From Acidobacteriota bacterium (GTDB lineage: Bacteria > Acidobacteriota > Terriglobia > 20CM-2-55-15): 64,000 bases of DNA. Position numbers and translations under genes: made by a program. The notes under the pieces were generated by a model. It made no database searches. It was not told where the DNA came from and saw only the letters and a program-made list of their open reading frames with translations. The stretch is from positions 1,369 through 65,368 of the forward strand of contig QHWY01000082.1 in the NCBI GenBank assembly GCA_003223875.1, written 5' to 3'. Positions 38,914-45,327 of this stretch are shown one piece after another (position 1 is the first letter of the stretch; every line of letters starts with the position of its first letter).

Positions 38914-38999
38914 TTTGAAAGTTGTTTTTCACGTGTTGGGGTTACGATATGTCGATTCTTTCAAGGTGTCAAGGTGACCAGTCAGACGGAGAAACATCA

Positions 39000-40082
39000 A
39001 TGAAAAAGAACGGAAGACGATTCTTACAGCGGAGATTTATCACGATTAACGGTTGCATTGTCGGGACTTCGGTCCTGTTATTTGGAGCGGTCTTTGGCCC
39101 CACCCACGTCAGCATCGCGCAGCAGCGGAATATCGGGCAGCGGCAGGCCTTTCTACAGGCGGAAGGCGAAAGAGACGTCACCATTACCGCAATCCCAGGC
39201 GTTATCGCGGCTGGCACGAAATGGAAAATTGCATGGCAGGGGGCAGATAATGCCGACGGCCTCGTCGGCACACCGGATGGTGGGTTGTTGTTCGCGCAGG
39301 AGCAGCCCAGCATTATTGGCAAGCTTGACAAGGACGATCACTATTCCGTCTTCATAAAAGACACGCACGGAGCAGGCGCTGTGACGATAGACAAACAAGG
39401 CCGTATCATCGCGGCGCAGCGAACCTGCACCGATCCCGGCAGACCAACGAATTTAGGGCCATGTACGGAGCCGCCGATGGTCAGTGTCCTTGCCCCAGAA
39501 CGGAAAGTATTAGCGGACAAATTCGAAGGCAAACCGATCGAGCGGCTCAATGATGTCGTCGTTGACGGCAAAGGCAACGTTTATTTCAGCGCCGGCACCG
39601 CGTATTACATCAAGTCGAGCGGCGGGGAAGTCCGGAAGGTCGGTGACAATATCCGCTCCAATGGGATCATCGTGAGCCCGGATGATAAGACTCTTTACGT
39701 GACGAACAATACAGTGATTATGGCCTTCGATATCCAGCCAGACGGAACCGTCAACAACCGGAGAGAGTTCGTCAAACTCGAACGTGGAAACGGTGACGGC
39801 ATGGCTGTGGACGCCGCCGGGCGTGTGTACATTTCAACCGGAGCCTCTGGCATTCAGATCTTTGCGCCAGACGGAAAGTACCTTGGAACGATTCCGCTGC
39901 CGCGCGACGTTGCAAGTATCGCGTTTTCCGGACCCGAAAAGAAGACCCTATACGCGCAAGGGCGAGGAGCATTGGGACCTGACGGAAAGGAATTCAAAAC
40001 GCCCGAAGGAGTTCGGAACAACGCGAAGACGATATATAAGATTCCTATGCTCGCTCAGGGTTTCAAAAATCGCGCGAAATAG
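39000..40082 (+). CDS. SMP-30/gluconolactonase/LRE-family beta-propeller protein
   Basis: Start MKKNGRRFLQRRF with a twin-Arg-like signal. Repeats NDVVVDGKGNVYFS, NGIIVSPDDKTLYVT, GDGMAVDAAGRVYIS. Confidence 0.8.
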   Translation: MKKNGRRFLQRRFITINGCIVGTSVLLFGAVFGPTHVSIAQQRNIGQRQAFLQAEGERDVTITAIPGVIAAGTKWKIAWQGADNADGLVGTPDGGLLFAQEQPSIIGKLDKDDHYSVFIKDTHGAGAVTIDKQGRIIAAQRTCTDPGRPTNLGPCTEPPMVSVLAPERKVLADKFEGKPIERLNDVVVDGKGNVYFSAGTAYYIKSSGGEVRKVGDNIRSNGIIVSPDDKTLYVTNNTVIMAFDIQPDGTVNNRREFVKLERGNGDGMAVDAAGRVYISTGASGIQIFAPDGKYLGTIPLPRDVASIAFSGPEKKTLYAQGRGALGPDGKEFKTPEGVRNNAKTIYKIPMLAQGFKNRAK

Positions 40083-40097
40083 CGCATCAGCGTCGGT

Positions 40098-40784
40098 TCA
40101 GCCGTCGAAACGGTAGCCAAATCCGGGAACAGTAACAATGAGCCGGGGATCTTTCGGATTCTCTTCTATTTTGTGTCGCAAACGCAAGATGTGAACATCC
40201 ACAGTCCGCGTTAACGGCGCGAATCGATATCCCCAAACGCGCTGCAGGAGCGCACTTCGCGAAATTGTTTTTCCGCGATTCTCGACAAAGTAGCGCAGAA
40301 GCCGGTTCTCGCGCTCGGAAAGCTGAATGACCGACGCATTCCTGATCAGCTCGGACCGGTGAAAGTCCACACGCACTCCGGCGAATTCATAAGATGTGAG
40401 CTCCGGTTCTCTCTTGCGAAAGGATCGCACCAGGAGCGCCTCAATCCGGGCCTGCAGCTCATCAAGATCGACAGGCTTTAGCAAATAGTCATCCCCGCCC
40501 GCCTTGAAAATAGCAACCCTGTGCTGGGCCTGATCCGGATCCGCAAGCACAATGAGGGGCGTTTCAACATTCCGCTGCCGGAGCTCGGCGCAAATCTCCA
40601 GCGCGCCGATTCGATTTTGAGAATGTTCGACGATGATGAGGTCAAAATTCTCCGCAAGTGCAGGATCAACGGCCATTTCGAAGTTTGAGATGGTAACGAC
40701 GGTATAGCCCCGGTCGCGTAAACCGTCGATCATGCCCTTTATTGAAGAAGCGTCCGCTCTGATGACAAGCAAATGCTGATCCAT
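40098..40784 (-). CDS. OmpR/PhoB-family winged-helix response regulator with a degenerate receiver
   Basis: C-terminal wHTH (LSERENRLLRYFVENRGKTISRSALLQRVWGY...VDVHILRLRHKIE). In the receiver, the acceptor position reads DLIIVEHS (Glu instead of Asp) and the N-terminal acidic pair is replaced (LLVIRADAS). Confidence 0.85.
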   Translation of the reverse strand: MDQHLLVIRADASSIKGMIDGLRDRGYTVVTISNFEMAVDPALAENFDLIIVEHSQNRIGALEICAELRQRNVETPLIVLADPDQAQHRVAIFKAGGDDYLLKPVDLDELQARIEALLVRSFRKREPELTSYEFAGVRVDFHRSELIRNASVIQLSERENRLLRYFVENRGKTISRSALLQRVWGYRFAPLTRTVDVHILRLRHKIEENPKDPRLIVTVPGFGYRFDG

Positions 40785-40905
40785 CGGTTACTCTCCGGAC
40801 GGATAGACGGAGAAAATGACGAAATGGCTGTTACATTTTTTAACGAGAGCATTGCTCGAGGTTGTGGTCTAAATGGGCTGAGACGGAAAGGTCAGGGAGG
40901 TTCCT

Positions 40906-41514
40906 ATGAAGAAACGAGCGGTTTTCTTGGTGGCCGGATTGGCTACAGTATGGACAGTTTCCGGTTTTTCCCAGGTCCGTGCGGCGCAGAACCGGATTCC
41001 CCAATCGGTTGTCATCAATGGCCAGACGGTCAATGCAGCGCATGTCACCACGCCTGCCGGCCAATTGCAGAGCTTCACGTGCCCGGCGCCGCAGCATTAT
41101 GTGACGTCCGATGGTGCGTCCCAGGGATGGGCGTGTTATGAAGAGACAACAGGCGTCTGGCTTCTGAATGCCCTCCCACCTGCGCCAGCTCAATCGGCTC
41201 CGGTCCCAGTCCCCAGTCCCCAGTCCCCAGCCGTGATTTACCAGCAGCCTCCACCGCCCGCGGTTGTTTATCAGACGCCAACCGTGATTTATCAACAAGC
41301 ACCGCCGACCGTCGTCTATCAAGCGCCTCCGACGGTCATTTACACGGCCCCGGCTCCTCCGGTGGTTGTTGCGCCTGCATATCCTCCGTCGGTAGTTCTC
41401 GGAACAGCCGCAATCCGTGCTGCAGGGCAAATCGCATCAGCAGCCATTATTAACTCACACCATCATCAACGGGAGTATTACTACTACACGCACGACCGCG
41501 GCCGCCGTTGGTGA
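40906..41514 (+). CDS. Secreted proline-rich repeat protein
   Basis: Signal peptide MKKRAVFLVAGLATVWTVSGFSQVRA. Five tandem P-P-[AT]-V-[IV]-Y-Q type repeats. His/Tyr-rich tail HHHQREYYYYTHDRGRRW. Confidence 0.6.
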   Translation: MKKRAVFLVAGLATVWTVSGFSQVRAAQNRIPQSVVINGQTVNAAHVTTPAGQLQSFTCPAPQHYVTSDGASQGWACYEETTGVWLLNALPPAPAQSAPVPVPSPQSPAVIYQQPPPPAVVYQTPTVIYQQAPPTVVYQAPPTVIYTAPAPPVVVAPAYPPSVVLGTAAIRAAGQIASAAIINSHHHQREYYYYTHDRGRRW

Positions 41515-41550
41515 AGTGCGGATTCACTCCAGATTTTTAGAGGAGGTTCC

Positions 41551-42504
41551 ATGCTGATCGCGAGTCTTACGGCGATTCTGTTGGCGGCCGGCGTTCCGGA
41601 AATGATCATCCCAGAAGGGACCATCCTTCCGGTCATTCTCAACGAAACGCTGAACACGGCCAAGGTTCAGGACAATGATCCTGTGCTGTTCTCGCTGGCG
41701 GACGACATACGCGCTACGGGTCACCGCGGTCCCGTTTTGATTCCGCGCGGATCGAACGTTGTGGGCCGCGTCCTGCGATCGCAGCGCGCCGGCCATTTCG
41801 TTGGTCGGTCACAAATGGATATCCGCATCGAAGAGATCATTACGCCTGCGGGAGACGTTTACGACGGTGTCTCGGCTAGAATCATCGACGTCGGCAAACG
41901 AAAAGGCGAAAAAGGCGAGGTGAAGGGAGATGGCGGAATTCAAGGCCCCGTTCATCGGACGAGGGATACCGTCCTATTGCTGTTTCCGCCCACGACGCTC
42001 GTGCAACTCCTGTCAATTCCCAAGCGCGGACCCGACGTGATGCTTCCGGTCGAGACGCGGCTGTACGTAAAGCTGATGACCCCGATTTACGTTGAAACCC
42101 GTCCGGCACTTTCGGCGGCGCAAGCACCGCTTCCGAGTCCTCAACCAATAACGCAACTGCTGTCCGCCGGAAATACTCTTGAATCATTGGTCGCTCCGGT
42201 CGCGCTTTACCCCGACGCGATCCTTCGCGACTTGTTGCCGGCATGTGCCTATCCGCTTGAGGTCATCCAGGCGAATCAGTGGGTCCACCAAATTCGTGAT
42301 ATAGCAGGCAGCCTCCCCCGAAGTGGGTACGACTATGGCTGGCATCCCAGCGTAAAGGCCCTTACCGCCTACCCGGACTTGCTCCAGCGTTTGGGAACGG
42401 ACGTGAACTGGATGACGAGGGTGGGTTCCGCATTTGCCACGGATCCATCAGCAGTCATGAATGCCGTTGCGCGGCTGCGGACCCAGACAACCTCGTTACG
42501 CTAA
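41551..42504 (+). CDS. DUF3300 domain-containing protein
   Basis: C-terminal half carries the DUF3300 hallmark LESLVAPVALYPDAILRDLLPACAYPLEVIQANQWV. The N-terminal half is unassigned. Confidence 0.7.
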   Translation: MLIASLTAILLAAGVPEMIIPEGTILPVILNETLNTAKVQDNDPVLFSLADDIRATGHRGPVLIPRGSNVVGRVLRSQRAGHFVGRSQMDIRIEEIITPAGDVYDGVSARIIDVGKRKGEKGEVKGDGGIQGPVHRTRDTVLLLFPPTTLVQLLSIPKRGPDVMLPVETRLYVKLMTPIYVETRPALSAAQAPLPSPQPITQLLSAGNTLESLVAPVALYPDAILRDLLPACAYPLEVIQANQWVHQIRDIAGSLPRSGYDYGWHPSVKALTAYPDLLQRLGTDVNWMTRVGSAFATDPSAVMNAVARLRTQTTSLR

Positions 42505-42613
42505 TGCCGAGGCGGCAATTAAGCGGCACCAAGCCTTTTCAAGGCACTTGCATTTGAAAATGCCGGGTTCAGTAAAGCTTAGCCAAAATGGTGCGCTGCA
42601 ATCGCGACTGCTA

Positions 42614-42945
42614 ATCTGAAAAAGCATTTGGCAGGGCGTGTCCGTGGAGAGTCCGGAATACTTGTGGCGGGCGGATTGCCTTCGAAAAGTCCCCGCCAGC
42701 GTTCGTTTCTTATCTGTTGAGCCCTTGCTGCAAGCCTTCCCGCGTCTTCCGTTGAACGCGATCGACTGAGTAATCGTCGGTGGAGAAAGCGGTCCCGGCC
42801 ACCGTCCTATCTCGGCCGAGTGGATTCGAGGGATTCGCGACCAATGCGAACGCGAGCGCGTAGCCTTTTTTTTCAAGCAGTGGGGTGGCAGGACATCAAA
42901 GTCTGGCGGAAATATCTGGACGGCCGCAAGTGGCTCGAACCAATC
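42614..42945 (+). pseudogene. DUF5131 (phage Gp37/Gp68) family gene, C-terminal two-thirds, disrupted
   Basis: My own translation gives KSIWQGVSVE...VRFLSVEPLL...[43 protein letters not shown], then a frameshift to ...[10 protein letters not shown]. The in-frame TGA at 42767-42769 replaces the family's conserved Trp. Confidence 0.75.
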
Positions 42946-43141
42946 CGGCGAGCCCAGATATATGCGTGGAGGTACTTCCCAAGCATGCAAGCATTTCCTT
43001 AGCCCATGGTCCCACCATGGATTGCTCGCTCACGATGTTCCTTCTATGCTCGTGTCTGTTGCCGTTCGGAGGGTTGGGATATTCGATGTCTACCAAAAAG
43101 CGACCGGACTTTTCGGCGAGACGGTCGATAAGGCGGCGGAC

Positions 43142-43372
43142 TCAAATATCGCGCTGACGCGTTGGTATCGAAAACGACTGAAGCTTGACGTCGAAGCCGC
43201 TGGTGAACCGGCGATTGCCCATGGCCTGCAACCGGACCGCGAGCCGCTCGGCGTAGCAGTGCTTGTAGCCCGGACTTACCTTCGTGCAGCCAGTTACCGG
43301 ATTCCACGTAGCATCGGTCCATTCGGTAGGTGAGTTATCCCCCAAAGCGTACACTCCTATCATCAAAACCAT
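43142..43372 (-). pseudogene. DUF5131 (phage Gp37/Gp68) family gene, N-terminal fragment on the opposite strand
   Basis: The 76-aa ORF contains [30 protein letters not shown], the typical N-terminus of this family (about 250 aa when intact). Confidence 0.75.
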
Positions 43373-43438
43373 AACTTCAGTTTCGGACAGATGAGGTCTA
43401 AGGATGCGAAGTTTGCACCATATCCCTCTCTAGCATTA

Positions 43439-43574
43439 TTTTCGACATTTAATAGTTAGTTATGCCGATTTTCGACCTGCTAAGCTGGATTTCGACCGAC
43501 GAAGTTGCTATGCTTATTTTCGACATTAATGACATAAATATATAGATTTTCGACATCGATATGAAGTTTTCGAC
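43439..43574 (+). promoter_or_regulatory. Array of six phased direct repeats (T/A)TTTCGAC in an AT-rich divergent intergenic region
   Basis: Core TTCGAC starts at 43441, 43471, 43491, 43519, 43549 and 43569, giving spacings of 30/20/28/30/20 bp. Only the octamer is conserved. The last copy ends 3 nt before the fic ATG. Confidence 0.7.
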
Positions 43575-43577
43575 GCC

Positions 43578-45122
43578 ATGAAGCTTGAGGTCGGGCACGC
43601 GCACACCTTTCAAGAAAATGTGATCCCCTCCGATGCCCGATTGGCTGGCTGGGCAGCGGTTGTCCAGGCCCTCTCGGTTAAAGCGCCTGTCCGCCAGCCG
43701 AGCTGCGTCTCCGAAAGACACCTTCACGGAAGCCGGAGAGAAGAGGACGCCTGGACCGTCTTTGACCGACGCTATTGGCCGGGAGACACTTTCCAGGACC
43801 ACTTGGCCTTTGCTCTGCGACACGAACCGATCGACTTCCTCGTCTTAAAGCGGCTCTTTGATACTGTAGACCCGACCGTTATTGCGGCTTTCGTCGGGCA
43901 AACGCCGAGAGGCGTCATCCAGCGGCGCGCTTGGTTCTTTTACGAATTTCTTACTGGCCGGGTCCTCGATCTGCCGGATGCTGCTCTCTTCAATGCAGTT
44001 GACGCGCTTGACCCAAACCTGTACTTCACCGGCAAGCCGCGCCTTTCGAAACGTCATCGCGTTCGAGATAACCTTCTCGGCACCACCGCGTTTTGCCCCG
44101 TCATCCGGCAGACCGAAAGGCTTAAGGGATTTCTTCGGCAGGACCCACGCGCGAAAGCGACCGAGATTGTCGGACGCACGAGTGCGCACTTGGTCGCACG
44201 GGCCGCGAGCTTCATGCTCCTGGCCGATAGCCGCGCGAGTTTTGAAATCGAAGGCGAGCGCCCCCCGCGCAGCCGACTGGAACGATGGGGCCGCGCGGTG
44301 CTGCAGGCCGGGAGAAATCCCCTCACCTTGCGAGAGATCCTGCGACTTCATAGCGTCTTGATTGAAGACACGCGTTTCATCCACGCGGGGCTACGCGCGG
44401 ACGGGGTGTTCCTTGGCGAGCGAAGCCACGAGGGCGATCCGCTACCAGAGTTCATCGGCGCGCGCGCGGATGACCTCGAAAGTCTGATGCAGGGAATGCT
44501 CGCAGCCAATGAGCGAATGCGTCAAAGCGATCTCGACCCGGTGCTTCAGGCGACGGCGACGGCTTTCGGTTTTGTGTACATTCACCCCTTTCAAGACGGC
44601 AACGGACGCCTGCACCGCTGCTTGATCCACCACGTACTGGCGGAGAGGAAATTCACACCTGCCGGCATGATCTTCCCTGTTTCCTCCGTGATGCTCGATC
44701 ATATCGACGCCTATCGCGAAGCGCTGCGCGCGCATTCAGGCCCTTTAATGAACTTCATCGAGTGGCGACCGACACCGAACCGCAACGTCGAGGTGCTTAA
44801 CGACACTGCCGACCTATATCGATACTTCGATTGCACGAGCACGGCGGAGTATCTCTACGGATGCGTTGAACGGACGATCGACCACGACTTGCCACGGGAG
44901 ATTGATTACCTGAAACGTCACGATGACGCGATGCGCCGGATCATGGACGCGGTCGAAATGCCGGACCGTCTAGCAGAAAGCCTGATCCTGTTCATCCGCC
45001 AAAACGACGGCAAGCTTTCCAAGAGCCGACGAGAAGACGAATTCGAGAAACTTACCGATCCGGAAGTCGCGATCGTTGAAGCGATTGTACGCGAAGCCTT
45101 CGAGGACTACTCCGGGGCATGA
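43578..45122 (+). CDS. Fic-family protein (predicted AMPylase) with an intramolecular inhibitory motif
   Basis: Fic core HPFQDGNGRLHR. Upstream SFEIEG matches the [ST]xxxE[GN] inhibitory helix. 514 aa. Confidence 0.9.
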   Translation: MKLEVGHAHTFQENVIPSDARLAGWAAVVQALSVKAPVRQPSCVSERHLHGSRREEDAWTVFDRRYWPGDTFQDHLAFALRHEPIDFLVLKRLFDTVDPTVIAAFVGQTPRGVIQRRAWFFYEFLTGRVLDLPDAALFNAVDALDPNLYFTGKPRLSKRHRVRDNLLGTTAFCPVIRQTERLKGFLRQDPRAKATEIVGRTSAHLVARAASFMLLADSRASFEIEGERPPRSRLERWGRAVLQAGRNPLTLREILRLHSVLIEDTRFIHAGLRADGVFLGERSHEGDPLPEFIGARADDLESLMQGMLAANERMRQSDLDPVLQATATAFGFVYIHPFQDGNGRLHRCLIHHVLAERKFTPAGMIFPVSSVMLDHIDAYREALRAHSGPLMNFIEWRPTPNRNVEVLNDTADLYRYFDCTSTAEYLYGCVERTIDHDLPREIDYLKRHDDAMRRIMDAVEMPDRLAESLILFIRQNDGKLSKSRREDEFEKLTDPEVAIVEAIVREAFEDYSGA

Positions 45123-45201
45123 CCGCCTACGGTCATTTGCGCACACATAACCACTCTCCAAACGATTCCTCAAGTCATTGCAAATTGCTGTTAAGAGGTA
45201 A

Positions 45202-45274
45202 TGCCGAGGGACGGAATTGAACCGCCGACGCCGGCCTTTTCAGGGCCGCGCTCTACCATCTGAGCTACCTCGGC
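45202..45274 (-). tRNA. tRNA-Phe (anticodon GAA)
   Basis: The reverse complement GCCGAGGTAGCTCAGATGGTAGAGCGCGGCCCTGAAAAGGCCGGCGTCGGCGGTTCAATTCCGTCCCTCGGCA folds as a cloverleaf. Acceptor GCCGAGG/CCTCGGC, D-arm GCTC/GAGC, anticodon stem CGGCC/GGCCG with loop CTGAAAA, T-arm GGCGG/CCGTC with loop TTCAATT. CCA is not encoded. Confidence 0.93.
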
Positions 45275-45327
45275 ACGACGAACCTTATTAAGTTAACGGA
45301 GGCAGGGTCTGGTCGTAAAGACCGAAG

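Noticed and set aside
43439-43574. The TTTTCGAC cluster as the chromosomal replication origin
   Set aside because: The core differs from the DnaA box at a normally invariant position. No dnaA, dnaN or other origin-linked genes are nearby. The context is a degraded insert next to a tRNA.
43561-43581. A six-codon uORF (MKFSTP) whose TGA overlaps the fic ATG
   Set aside because: It is too short and lacks a ribosome-binding site, and it is built from the last octamer repeat. It cannot be distinguished from chance.
42505-45201. An active integrative element (intact att sites or an integrase)
   Set aside because: No integrase or recombinase ORF is present, and no duplicate of the tRNA-Phe 3' end was found by eye. 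It is treated only as a remnant.
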